Assembly: GCF_006345805.1 (NCBI RefSeq) | Contig: NC_043013.1 | Coordinates: 46,314,001 to 46,378,000 of the forward strand | Direction: 5' to 3' | Length of the DNA: 64,000 nt | Origin: Octopus sinensis | Taxonomy: Eukaryota | Shown here: in pieces, positions 41,106-54,597 of the stretch | Numbering within the stretch: the stretch's first letter is position 1 | How the letters are laid out: each line of letters opens with the position of its first letter | The notes under the pieces: model-generated | Seen by the model: the letters and a program-made list of their open reading frames with translations, nothing else | Told to the model about the DNA's origin: nothing | Databases searched by the model: none | Made by a program: the position numbers and the translations under genes

Positions 41106-41214
41106 GGGTGGGGCATGGCATTATGGTCAGGACTGCAAACAAAAGATACCACCTGTATGAAGGTTATGCCCATTTATATTATGCAACTTCAAGAACAAGG
41201 AAGCACAAACACAC

Positions 41215-41255
<41 letters not shown>

Positions 41256-41369
41256 CATACATACATTCATACATATATATACATACATATACACACATAC
41301 ACATACATACACTGGGCTTCTTTCAGTTTCTGGCTATAGGAAAATATTACCTTACTTGGAAACTGGTGT

Positions 41370-41700
41370 TCAAAGAAAGGTAAACTGAAGGAAGCAGCCT
41401 GGGTGAAGAACAAAGAAAATCTTGGATAGTGTACCATGACAACACACCTGCTTGCTAGTCGCTCCTCACCTGTAACTTCCAGAAGCAAGAGATGACTCAC
41501 ATCTTCTATCCCTCTACACTCTGGATTTGGCCCCAGCAGGTATTTTTGCTCCCCCAAAAATCCACCCCGAAGGTCGTCAGTTTCAGACTACAGAAGAGAT
41601 GATGAAAATCTGCCATGAGAAGTGAAATTTGTTTCTAAACTGGGGAAAATATGTTAGAAGTGGTACATCCACAGAAGAGGGAACTAATTTGAAGAAGACC
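41370..41700 (+). pseudogene. Mariner transposase C-terminal remnant
   Basis: WIVYHDNTPA, YTLDLAP, EGRQFQTTEE resemble HDNAPAH / YSPDLAP / KGRRF..IEE. Confidence 0.75.
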
Positions 41701-41924
41701 AGCTTGAGTAAATTGCAAATAAAACAACAAATTACTTTTTGATAAAGCTATAAAGCTTAGTTTTTCTTTGGACTTTCTCAGATGCAGCATGAAGTTTTGT
41801 CAGTGAACAGGTCGCAGTCTCAAAGCAACGAAAATATTTGGACAAATTAAATTTTAATGTTGAAGTGAATCTAATGGTTTTTGTGTTTCTTAAATGGCTT
41901 ATAAACACCTTCCACACTGCAATT

Positions 41925-41958
<34 letters not shown>

Positions 41959-42143
41959 AAATGTCTGATAGTAACTTTGAAGTTTCCTCAATATTCAACT
42001 GGACAAAACCAATGATTGGCAAAAATTCTAAGTGAAGTCAGCCTCTTCTTGTTACAATATGACACTCCTCTTAAATGTATCAAGGAATTCCTCTATTAAT
42101 GTGACTGTTTTCATAAATAATCATATATAAAAACTCACATCAA

Positions 42144-42364
42144 CTCTTTCGCATTTAAACCGGCCATATCCAGCCAAAATATTCAACCTGTTTTATCTTC
42201 AAATTGGTCATATCCGGCTTTTCACACCTACCCTACAGTGTCATTTTAAAAATAAACAAACACATCATCGAAATCTCAAAGCTAAGAAATAATGCACGAT
42301 TGATTTTAAAATGATATGAATACGTAAGGATTACATTTGACAGAGTAATCTGCATGCCGGAGGG
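42144..42364. mobile_element. piggyBac-like MITE, family 2
   Basis: Homologous to 30503-30722; ends GGG|TTAA. Confidence 0.75.
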
Positions 42365-43083
42365 TTAATATCTGTCTTTCCAGCAATCTGACACACACAC
42401 ACACACACACACTCGTCACACTTTTGATGGAGTTTGTCGTTGGACAATGGTTATGCCGAAGCACTGCCTAAAAGGGTTTTAATCATTCATATCAACCACT
42501 CCAGCACTTAATCCAGTCTGGGAGTCATTGTGTCAATTACTATTTGTTGTATTGGCTGAGTCATTAGAGTGTTGGACAGAATGCTACAATAGTACATTTC
42601 AAATCTCTGTACCCTAGGTTCAAATCAAAGCAAGGTCAACTTGTCCTTCTATCCTTTCGATGATCAGAAAATGGAGAACCAATTCAGGGCAATGAACAGG
42701 TGGAATCGTTAGAGTAACAGAGGGATGTGTTATAGCCTCTGTTCCAGCTCTGTGGGATCAAAGTTCACATCACTGGTAAAAACAGAACAGTAACACTTCT
42801 GCTGTGAATTGTGATAAATGACAGTGTCGATTGGAAATCAATGAAATATTGATTTCCATGGTTTTATTGAAAGATTGGCTACCACTGGTACATTTGCTGA
42901 ATCACCAAATTATGAAGTATAGAACCAACAGAGAGACACAACATAAATAGTAACACCAGTGTTTAAACTGATGTAGACACAGAAACACACAATCATAGAT
43001 CCAATGTAATTTGAACAGGATAATCCAGGAAAATAAATAGTTCTAGCAATCTGTTAGTAGGTTTATATATATATATATATATA

Positions 43084-43260
43084 TCATCATCACTATTTAA
43101 CGTCTGTTTTCCATGCTGGTATGAGTTGGACAGTTGGACAGGAGCTGATCACCTGAAGAGCTACTCGTGTTCCCTGTCTGTTTTGGCATGGTTTCTATGG
43201 CTGGATGCCCTTTCTAAAGCCAACTATTTTACAGAGTGTATTGGGTACTTTGATGCAATA
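43084..43260 (-). mobile_element. SINE family C fragment
   Basis: catcatcactatttaacgtctgttttccatgc...ctggatgccctttc. Confidence 0.75.
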
Positions 43261-43542
43261 TCACACACGTGTACATACACATGTAAACATATATTTGTAT
43301 GTGTGCTTATATATATTCATATATATGTGTATGCGTGTATGTGTGTAGAGAGAGAGAGGAAGGGAGAGAGAGAAAGACATGGAATACAACCATCACTCAC
43401 AATGAGTAAGACTTGGCATCAACATGTACCATAGTTTTGCTAATTGTTTTAAGCATCTGTGTATATGCAAGCAGGTACGGATACCCTCACAACCATTCTA
43501 GCAATGACAGAGTGAATCATCCAGGTTGTGGCAGCCAGAGGG

Positions 43543-43589
<47 letters not shown>

Positions 43590-43930
43590 CAGCATTTGAT
43601 TGGTCCTTTCTTTATCAATCCCAAACGTGACCTCAGCAGGATTTGGAGTTAAAGTTCAAAGAGCAAGAACACCCACTGCCAGTTATTCTGATGCCTTACA
43701 TAACGACAGCACAGAAGCCAAAGGACTTCACTAAGTAGTGAGACAATGAGAAACTCTTCCAGTCCATGGTAGATGGGGAAAGGAATACAAAATAATGATT
43801 ATAATATATATATATATTATAATCATTATTTGTATATATGTATATAAAAACAAATTTACATTAAATTGAAGGATTACTCAATATTTTTGGTAGGGTACAA
43901 ATTCATTATTCTTTAACAAGAATAGTACTG

Positions 43931-43975
43931 ACAGTGACTTCAAAGTTTCAGACAGCTAAACCGTCATCAGACTGC
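43931..43975 (-). ncRNA. Type I hammerhead-like motif, canonical CUGAUGA core and GUC site
   Basis: Minus: GCAGT CTGATGA CGGTTTAGCTGTCT GAAA CTT-TG-AAG TC^ACTGT; stem II out of register. Confidence 0.6.
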
Positions 43976-44265
43976 AGTAGATTTGAGTTCACATTAGCTT
44001 TATATAATTTCTGTTAAGTTAAAATTTTCAAGAGCTAGCTGAGTTCTGTTGAATGCTAATTGGGTTATATGGTAAGTTGTGATGACAAGGTGTTATGGAG
44101 AATTTTGCTATTGTTTAGAATTTATTCATGCATATAGAACTTTGTAATCAAGTGTGTTTATTTAGGTGTGTCATCTTCAGGTCATAGGAGTTTACAAAAG
44201 AATGTAGTTAGATTAAAGCTATATGATGGTCAATGTGTGAATGTGTATATCATCATCGACATTTA

Positions 44266-44385
44266 ATGTCTGTTGTCCATGCTGGCATGGGTTGGATGGT
44301 TTGACCAAGACTGGCAAGCTGAGGGGCTGCACAAGACCCCAGTCTGATTTGGCATGGTTTCTACAGCTGGATGCCCTTCCCAATG
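44266..44385 (-). mobile_element. SINE family C fragment
   Basis: catcatcgacatttaatgtc...ctacagctggatgcccttcc. Confidence 0.75.
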
Positions 44386-44646
<261 letters not shown>

Positions 44647-45989
44647 ACAAACACACACGCACAAATACCTATATACATACGACCAGTTAATTCACACCAT
44701 AATAAAAATTCTATTCCTTTTAATCAAATACAAGCTTTACAGTGTTTGAAAGTAAGGTTACAGAATCAAAATTAAGCAAGAAAAAATTTTACATCTACAA
44801 CAACCAGATGTTATTTTGATAGGAATTCTAATAATATTAATATACAACAAAATTCAATGGAAACATTAAATGGATGACGATGATGATGGTCATAATGATA
44901 GTAGGTGATTGTGGAAGGCAGAGACAATCATCAGTTGTTAATATAAAGTAATTTTCATCTTTTAGAATGTTACATCAATGTTTTCAGATTGATATCTCAT
45001 TTTTTTTTTCCTTCTATCTTTTATCATATTCTGTAGATGTATTTCGAATCATACAAGGTCCCTTACATTAAACATATAACTGCTTTACAGAAAAAGAATC
45101 TCTCTTATTTTGTGAAGTGAAGAAATTAAAGAAATTTGTTAAAAAATAAAATGAACTTTCTCGACAACACAATCTTTATACTGTGTTAAATATGACACAT
45201 AATGAAAATATTTACATTTACGGGGGGTTGACAGTTCAAAAACATTATTGAAAATATAGAACTGTCTTCACACTAATTTAACAGATAGCATTCTCTTCTC
45301 ACTTACTTCAGCTTCCAAAATAGAAATAAAAACAAATCCTGAAATATTGAAGCTAATGGAAATAATGAAAACTGTATTAGACACAAAAATGAAAATCTTC
45401 AGTTCTTGTATAAATAATGGTTCTGCTGATTAGTCTTGGTACATTTTTAAATGAAATAACAAATTTGTCTTCTGCTAAAAAGCAGTATTGTTCTGGAAAA
45501 GCATATTTCTCCCTCTTTCTCTTTGTCCCCATATATACATATACATACATACATATACATACATACATATACATACATACACACATATATATATATATGC
45601 ATACATATATATATATATTTATATATATACATATATATATGCATACATATATATATATATATTTATATATATATATATATACATATGCACACACAAAAAT
45701 ATATATTTATATATCTGTACACACGCATGTACATATATCTATGTATACATTACACGCACACACAAACACACATATACATATGTATACTTATAGCAAATAT
45801 ATAGTATTAAATTATGACAAATTAGTGTATTCATTCTATTTAGCAGAACATACTAGAGAGAATACCTATAGTTTACAAGTATGTAATAAGACCAATTCTT
45901 ATAGACTTGTTTTAACTATGGTTTACTGTGTTTTTATTCCTCATTCTTCATTATGAACATTTATAGAAAAATGAAGTGATGGAGAGATG

Positions 45990-46330
45990 TTTTAGACAAT
46001 AGCTGTCAACCAAAATACTAGAAAATCTAAAAACTATTGAAAATTGTTTATCTATTAAGCAGCTTAAGTTTAGACACACTAAGTAACTCCTACCTACTAG
46101 TTGTAACAACCATCCCAACTCTACAAAAATAATTATTACAAACAAATTATAAATACTTTTGTTGAAATTTCCATTTGAATGCTTCGTTTGTATTTTATTT
46201 TGTTAATTTCAAAAAAGAATTTGATTAATGGCAAGCTGTAATCAGAACAGTGAAGAATATTGGGGGAAAAGACAGATAGGGGCTGGTTGCAAATGCTCAT
46301 TCTGGTTTTTCTGTACCCATACAAAGGTAC
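45990..46330 (+). pseudogene. Highly degenerate LINE reverse-transcriptase fragment
   Basis: NCLSIKQLKFR and FVNFKKEFD resemble Q.GFR and F.DF.KAFD RT motifs. Confidence 0.4.
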
Positions 46331-46473
46331 TGATACCTCTTGATTTACATTTAAAAAGGAAAACCAGCTGATGACCAACTACTTATAATAAATAGAAGAA
46401 CACACACATATAACTCAATCAATTTTCTCACTGGTCATAAGGGATGAACAAATCTCAGTTAAACCTCAATTAA

Positions 46474-46694
46474 CCCTTTCATTACTGTAGTTATTTTGAG
46501 CTGCTCTGTGTTCCTTTCAATTACTTTAGATATAACAAAGAATTTAGTAAAATAACTTAGTTATCATTCAGCTAGTGCTAGGAACATAAATTGTGACTAA
46601 GGTTTGGTGGAAGATTTTAATTCAAAACTTATGAAAACGAGACATTTGTACAACAGAGCCAGAGCCGGTTCCAGCCGGGCTGGTAACGAACGGG
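46474..46694. mobile_element. piggyBac-like MITE, family 1 (opposite orientation)
   Basis: ttaa|ccctttcattac...gtaacgaacggg|ttaa. Confidence 0.85.
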
Positions 46695-47074
46695 TTAATG
46701 CTATATCGTCTTAAGAAATGAATCCATGATGATGATCAACCTGATGCTCACAGATACTAAGGACTACATAATAATCATCCTAGGAATACGGACTGTGATA
46801 TTAAGAGACATGTGATTCGTAGAAATGCGCGTAGTTATGCATTAAAATATTTATAAATTCCATCCAAGGATTATTGTTATTATTACTATATATATATATA
46901 ATATATCAAATAAAATCAAAAACAGAACACAAAGGATATCTGTTTTTGATTTTATTTGATATATTCCCTCTCACCTCTGCCACTATCTGGCATATACAGG
47001 TGCTTACACTCATCAAATATTCACCCTAAATTTGCAGTACCTACTATATATATATATATATATATATAATGAAA

Positions 47075-47154
47075 TGTATTTAACTGAGGAAGGTTCGTGT
47101 AAAGGATGCATTTCCTATTGTATATATATTACACAGACCTGAAATGTCAGTACA
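47075..47154 (+). ncRNA. Type I hammerhead-like motif with long stem II
   Basis: CTGAGGA AGGT..GTGTAA...TTACAC..ACCT GAAA TG TC^AGTACA; stem I tgtatt/agtaca offset by 3 nt. Confidence 0.55.
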
Positions 47155-47320
47155 AACTAGCCAGCCCAGGCTCCACTAATACAGATACTCTAACAACAAT
47201 TTAAAGCAGTTTGTTATACCTGACTTGGGTTGAAAATTCTGGTATCATGTGACTGCTTCTTAACATAACACAATATATATATATATATATATATATCTGT
47301 GTGTGTGTGTGTGTGTGTAT

Positions 47321-47369
47321 GAGATTTCTGATGAAGCATATAATGTTGCTAGAAATAGCTATCCAATTC
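47321..47369 (+). ncRNA. Decayed minimal hammerhead-like motif
   Basis: CTGATGA AGCA-8nt-TGCT A GAAA TAGCTA TC^; palindromic stem III; weak stem I. Confidence 0.5.
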
Positions 47370-48627
47370 GCCTCTGAAGCTAAACGTAAGACTCTTCAAT
47401 TTTCATACAACATGAAAAATTATTTGTCATTCAAATATAATTTTTGAAGGATTAAAAATAAAAATAAACTAATGAAAAACAATGAAATATATGAAACGAA
47501 TCCATCGACTGGAGCTATTTGATAAAGTATAGCAATTCTAAATGGTTATGCTTTTTTCTTTTTCTATTAATATAGCAAAATTAATATCACTAGTGATGTA
47601 ATTTTTAATGAATTTCAAATAATGACAAATAACTTTGCAAGCATCAAACATTAAAGACACAAGTAAAAATAAAATTCTGAATGCGATATCCAGTGTTCCG
47701 TAGTGAAATTATACTAATGAAACTGACCAGTTGAATAGCAAACAAAAACAGAAACAAAAAAAAAAAAAAAAAAATCTTGCCTTTAATTTGCAGGAAAAAT
47801 GAAAGAAAAAAAAAATCAAGCAAAAAGTTTCCACGGCAATTAGAGATGGTAAAAGCAAAGAATAAATACAGAAGTTGTAACTGCTGTGAAAAAAATTCTT
47901 AATTTCTGTAAGGGAAGAGAAAAGATGATAGAAAATAAAGAAAGTCTAAATTAACGGCAATAATCATAGATATTTTTGTGGAACTCATAGAATACACAAA
48001 CACATCATGAAAATTAGATGTTATAGACAATTATCAGAGAACAAAAGGAGGGAAAATGGGTTTTGCTTAAAAAAAAAGATAAAATAAAATAAAAATAATA
48101 AAAAATAAAAAACCTAATTGGCAGATGAACAGAAGCAAGTGATTGTTTATTTTATTTTATTTTATTTTATTTTATTTTATCGCACTATATATTACCGAAA
48201 GTTCTACAGAAAAGAATCTAGCATACGCACATGTACACATTTTATGAAGTTCCAACATGTGAACACTCACACACAGATACATGCACATATGCACACATAT
48301 TATATATATGCCCACACACACACTATACACACATGCAAAAATACAGTATCACACACAACGTGTGTGTATGCATACACACATCTATACATTACATATACTC
48401 ACAAATGTGTGCATTTTTACACAGCTACATACACGCATATCACAAAACAACTTTGTAAACACACACACACAAAGACCTTGCTACTACACAGCATACGTGC
48501 ACGAGAAGTTCACTGCCAGTCCGGTAGTGAAGGAAAGCTTCTGTTTATGTTAGGGTTACTAAATTAAAACAATGCTGACCCAGATGAGTGACCATTAAAA
48601 AGGGCCCAACAACAACAACAAAATTAC

Positions 48628-48742
48628 TTTGTGCTCTCATGGCTAACAAAAGCTACATGCTCTCCACTTGACTGTGTCGGTTTGAGAGTATGGTTAGTGG
48701 GTGCTTCCACCGAGGTGAGGTTGGCACCAGGAGAGGCATCAG
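48628..48742 (-). CDS. Possible 115-nt exon, phase 1 to 2: DASPGANLTSVEAPTNHTLKPTQSSGEHVAFVSHEST
   Basis: ttttattttcccaag| acceptor (AAG, less common), AA|gtaatt donor, single open frame, GC well above flanks. Confidence 0.35.
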
Positions 48743-48967
48743 CTTGGGAAAATAAAAACTTACTAAAATACTGACAACATACAAATCACTACACAGACAG
48801 ACTTAAGTAGAATATACAAATATACATAGAGTGTAAAGTCATTAAACACACACATACAAATATATACATATACACACATACACATATATATATGTGTATA
48901 TATATATATACAAATGTGTGCATATATATAAACGTATCTAAATGTATGTGTGTGTATATATATATAC

Positions 48968-49021
<54 letters not shown>

Positions 49022-49024
49022 GTA

Positions 49025-49066
<42 letters not shown>

Positions 49067-49155
49067 ATATATATAGATGTATGTGTGTGTGTACATATAT
49101 ATATATATAAATGTATGTGTGTATATATATATATATATATAGATGTATGTGTGTG

Positions 49156-49203
<48 letters not shown>

Positions 49204-49437
49204 GAACAAATACAAACACGCAGATAACATATGTAAACACAGTGTACAATCAATATACATACACAGATACATATACAGCAAAATGCGCAGAACATACACA
49301 GTACACACAGAAACCACATGCTATCAATATACATACATATAGACATATAGAGTAACATGTGCAAGCACACATATAGACTATACAACCACCATAAATACAT
49401 AGATATACACTGCACTATAATTAAATATAAGTGATAA

Positions 49438-49840
49438 GTACAGGCGTGGCTGTGTGGTTAAGAAATTTGCTTGGTATCAACACAATTCCAGTTTCAATCT
49501 CATTACATGGCACCTCAGACAAGTGTTTTCTAAAAGAGCCTCAGGTTAACCAATTCATTAATTTATTTAATTGTGTGTGTGCGTGTGCGCGCGTGTGTGT
49601 GTGTGTGTTGTGTGAGTGTTTATGCGTGTGTGTTTATACATTTACATTAACACCCGCCAGAAAAAAAACACAGTGTTGTTGCTTTTGCCGGGTGACTTAG
49701 CTGCTCAACAAAGAAGACTAACAGACATTGATAAAATTCGTAACCAAAACGAAACTAAGTACTAAGGTCAATGTGGCTGACTAAGGTTCACTGAAGCAGG
49801 GCTCCCAGCAAGGGAAGATTTCAGGGACTGAAACCAGTAG
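49438..49840 (+). mobile_element. SINE family B (degraded)
   Basis: ggcgtggctgtgtggttaag head; degraded 3' tail. Confidence 0.6.
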
Positions 49841-50373
49841 AAAAATAAACACACACAGTACATACATACATACAATCACAACATCTATATAAACAAGAAC
49901 ATGAGCAACTACACATATACACACAATTAGAAAGATAAGCTATTGACACACAGTCTGCTTAGTTTATTTATTTATTTTGTTTTTATTGAGTTTGTTCAAG
50001 GGAAACATATAATAGGATAATAACAGATTAGCCCTTCATGTGAAACCTGTGAGTTTTTCATGAAATATCCACTAAGCCACTTGTTGAATTGTTCCTTAAT
50101 AAAAACACAACAGCTGGGAAACAGTGAAGTCTGTAGTACAATATACGTTTATAAGAGATTACCTCGACTTAACTTTAAAAACAAAACATCCTTATCACAT
50201 TTCAAAAAAACAACAAATAGTTAAAGCAACTAAAATATATACCCTACCTGATATTTGCAATGTCACATATACACAAACTATAGAAATAATGACTGATATT
50301 TCAAAGGGGGTTGAACAAGTAAAATGTCATTGAGATATTTCTGTATGGTAGATGTGTATTTCTAAAGATTTTA

Positions 50374-50777
50374 TCTATATATATATATAAAGCTGAAGTT
50401 GTCTGTGTGTGGCAGGTTTGGTAGCCTTCAACTAACACTATCTCCTCTGAGACCCTGCGGCACAAGTTGACCAAAATTGAGAGTATGATAAAAGAAGGCT
50501 TGCTCTTCATTTCATAGAAGAAAAAATTCAAATCGGACCATGTTAAGACCAAAAATTATTTACATCAAAAAGGTGCTTTTTTTTTCTATGAAAATCCCTA
50601 TTTTTTAACGATTTTTTTTACTACTGTGTTGCCATTTTTTGGTGTATTTCAACCAGAAAAATGTTTACTTAAAGAGAATAACAAGCTACATAATGCAAAA
50701 TTTTTACTTTTCAAAAACTCCAATTCTCAAGGGTCGAAAAGAAAACAAACCCGACCAACACCGAGCCATACTGCTAG
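50374..50777 (+). mobile_element. Non-autonomous Helitron-like element
   Basis: A|TC at the 5' end, CTAG|T at the 3' end, preceded by a GC-richer subterminal segment; no TSD. Confidence 0.7.
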
Positions 50778-51691
50778 TTTATAATATAACTAAGCAATAA
50801 TTATTTGTAAAATGCATGAACAAAAACCAAAATTTTCCAGTATAAATTCTGAGAATTTTTAAAGAACTGGAAATCAGAAAAAAAGAACAAATATCTACAA
50901 GAAGTCAAAAGAAAGTAAGGAGAAATTTTGAGGCACGACTCTCAATTTTACTAATTTAATCAGTGGCGAGAGACACCTTATTGGAGTTTAGGTTAATAGC
51001 TGCCTCAATGATAACACTGAACCCAGAACGGCAATCAATAAAGTTTAGTGGGTTCAACTCTGGTAATGAATATAAAAATCTACAAGGTGCATAAGCATTG
51101 AAGCACCGCATCAATATGAATATAAATAAAAGGTAGTTTGGGATAATGGTTAGAAAGCTCTCTAGAACCGACTTGAATAACTCTCTCTCTCTCAGATAAT
51201 AACTATAAAACTGATAGAATGTAATTAGTTTTAAAACTAAAACCCTAAACACAAGAGAGAAAACATGTACGGTTAAATGTGGTTCCTGGGAAAAATTCAA
51301 ATTTTTAAATGGGGGAAAAAAAAAAAGAAAAAACCCAGATCATTGTAATTTACATAACATGACGAGTTTAAATTTCAAGAGAATAATTTTAATTCAGAAA
51401 GAAATTGCATTCATACATACATACACACACACACACCGAGGGAAAGAGAGATAAAAGATACACAATTGCACTGAGAGACAGGTACCTATAGATACACGTA
51501 TATAGACACAACACACACATGCATATATACACACATATGTATACACATATAGATATGTATGTATGTATGTATGTATGTACGTATGTATGTATGTATATAT
51601 ATATACACACACATATATAGACATGTACATATGTACACAAATATGTATATACATATATGTATATGTGTGTGTATATATATATATATATATA

Positions 51692-52537
51692 CATGGTGCA
51701 TCGAATACATTGTTGTCTAAATGAAAATAACACTGACATCTCATTTTAACGGATATATTTATCCAAATTACATTTAAAATATCTTAAAATACTAAAGAGT
51801 AAATTTATTCAATAAAATCGCCAATGGCTTCAGTCACGGCCTCCAGGCAACTTCAGAATCTCCTGCAATTCTTCTGGACAGTTGTCTTGTTGAAGTTGGT
51901 GAATGCTGCCACAATCCTTGCCATCAGTTCATCTTTGGTGTTACAAGGAGTTTTGTTGGCCTCTTACTCAACTGTATCTCACACATAATAATCAAGGAGT
52001 TTGCAGTCTGGACAGTTAGGTGGCCAGATGTTAGGGGTGATGTGGTCGCAGAAATTGACCAACAGCCATGACTGGGTTCTCCTGCTTGTGTAGCATGATG
52101 CAGAGTCCTGTTGCCAGACATAGGATCTTCCAGCAGCCACCCTCTTGACCCAGGGCAGCAGTACCTCTTCCAGGCACTTGATGTAGGCCTCTGTGTAGAG
52201 TCTGAAGCCATGTGGGAAGATGATGATCACTCCAAACACCATGATGTTGACTGGATATTTGACTTTTATCACTCTTGGTACAAGTTTTGGGGATACGGTA
52301 AGCCAAAGAATTTTTCGTGTGTTCACCATTTGTTCGTATTGGAGCTTCTGGCACAAATGACAAGCAATACAGCATGTTGTCTCCAGATATGTGGCAGAGT
52401 AAATTGTGTCACTGTGCTGTTTTGCTCACATATGGTGCCCAACTGACCCTACTATACTATATAGTCAACAAAATCAAAAGAAAACAATGTGCGAAATTAA
52501 ATGCAGATAATGACAATTTACTCATTATTGCACACTG
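51692..52537 (-). mobile_element. Internally deleted Tc1/mariner (maT/DD37D-like) element with transposase remnant
   Basis: ORF 51979-52356: IMVFGV..YIKCLEEVLLPW..YVWQQDSA..WPPNCPDCKLLDYYV; TA|catggtgca ... tgcacactg|TA ends. Confidence 0.85.
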
Positions 52538-52939
52538 TATATATACATATATATACATACACACACATATATATATATACTCACATATATAGACATGTAT
52601 GTATATATATAAGCACATAAGTGCGCGTGTGTGTGTGTGTATTTATATAGAGAGAGGAGAAAGGGAGACAGATATCATATCCAGACACACACTGTATATA
52701 TATATATATAATTACATACATATATATATATAAGTAGAGAGAGAGAAATATTATATCCAGTTACACACACATTTGTCCTGTGTATAACACCACTCTTCCT
52801 GCAAAGGTGCTATCTACCAACTTGTACTCATTCAAAGAAACCAGATGAGAGAGAGAGAGAGAGACCATCTCTGAAGTGCTCACACTACAAACTGCACCCA
52901 GTCCACGCGGCAAACTAATTGGCAAACTGAGCAGAGGGT

Positions 52940-53190
52940 GCTGAGAGTGCTGAGGCCTCTCCCTTCCACATGTCTGGCGTTGGTAGCATGTGGAACACAA
53001 CCAGTGCACTCTGTGAAATGGTTGCCAAGAGGAAGAGCATCCAAGCGTAGAAACAGAGTCAAACGATGTATATAAGCATCAGTGAATGAAGGGAAGCAGC
53101 GGATCCCAACAGGAGATGACTCAGACTTTGACAACCCATCCAACCCACATCAACACGGAAAGTAGAGATGATGATGATGATGATGATGAT
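52940..53190 (+). mobile_element. SINE family C (degraded)
   Basis: gaagagcatccaagcgtagaaac; (GAT)n tail. Confidence 0.65.
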
Positions 53191-53347
53191 GAAATTACCA
53201 CTGAGGTTCATATAACAGGGATACACAAAAACACATACAATAATGTAAAAGAATACACAGACACACAGATATATATATAAGCATATATAGATATATATTC
53301 ATACACATATGCAATGCACGTCTATCTATCTATCTATATATGTGTGT

Positions 53348-53392
<45 letters not shown>

Positions 53393-53884
53393 TATATTTA
53401 TATATATACATATATATACATGTATACACACACATAGGTGTGTAGGTGTATATCATACAGAGAGAAAGAGTTGTATATGTGCAAATTTACAGACTAACAT
53501 ATACACACATATAATTGTGTGTGTGTGTATATATATAAAGAAAGAAAGAAAGAAAGACATGAATGTACATTATCTATTTCTCTCATCTATCTCTCCCTAT
53601 GCATATATATGACAATACATATACATACATTTATATATTTATACACACACATATACATACACATGTATATATATATATATATATATAAATACTTATATAA
53701 ATACATATATATATACAAATATATACACACATGTATGTATATATATATATACACATATATATAAATACACACACAAATATATATATATATATATATATAT
53801 ACACACCACATGTATATGTATATATACACACATGTATATATACATACACAAATATATATATATATATATATACACATTCATATA

Positions 53885-53920
<36 letters not shown>

Positions 53921-54239
53921 GATATATTCATGCATACACTCATTTCAATTCTGTCTACTAGCCTTTTCCTGTTTGAAGCCCTGAAACTGACTCCTGAGGT
54001 CTAAGCTTTTGGTTACGTGTCATGCATATATATATATATATGCGTGTATGTGTGTGTGTTTATATGCATATGCGCGCACATTCCTTTGTGTTTGAGAATT
54101 TTTAGAATAGGCACACCATATCCTTGCCCAGCATGAGACTTAACTAAAATGGTCACTACTGACAACAGCATTCACTGGAGATAAAAAAGCTTGCTACAAA
54201 ATGTCCCACCCAAGCCATGGGTCCATGAAGAAGGACCCA

Positions 54240-54422
54240 TTAATGTTTTAGCATTTAAACCGGCCACACGTGCCCTCTCACACCTTCCTAACAATGCCAT
54301 TGGAAAACTATGCAATCAAATCACTGAAATCTGAAAGTTACAAGAAAATTCAGGATTAATTCAAATTAATGCTAACAAATAAGCATCACATTTGAGAGAA
54401 TAATCTAAATGCTGCTAAAGGG
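54240..54422. mobile_element. piggyBac-like MITE, family 2 (degraded)
   Basis: gcatttaaaccggcc...acatttgagagaataatct...ggg similarity to the other two copies. Confidence 0.6.
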
Positions 54423-54519
54423 TTACAGCTTTGATATATATATATATAGATAGATAGATAGATACACACACACACATATATATACATATATATGTATGGA
54501 TGTATGTATGTACATGTTG

Positions 54520-54550
54520 AAAAATATATATTATATATATATACACAATA

Positions 54551-54597
<47 letters not shown>

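Noticed and set aside
46725-46800. ATGATGA...CTGA C/D-box snoRNA-like motifs
   Set aside because: Boxes are only ~8 nt apart within a (GAT) run; no terminal stem.
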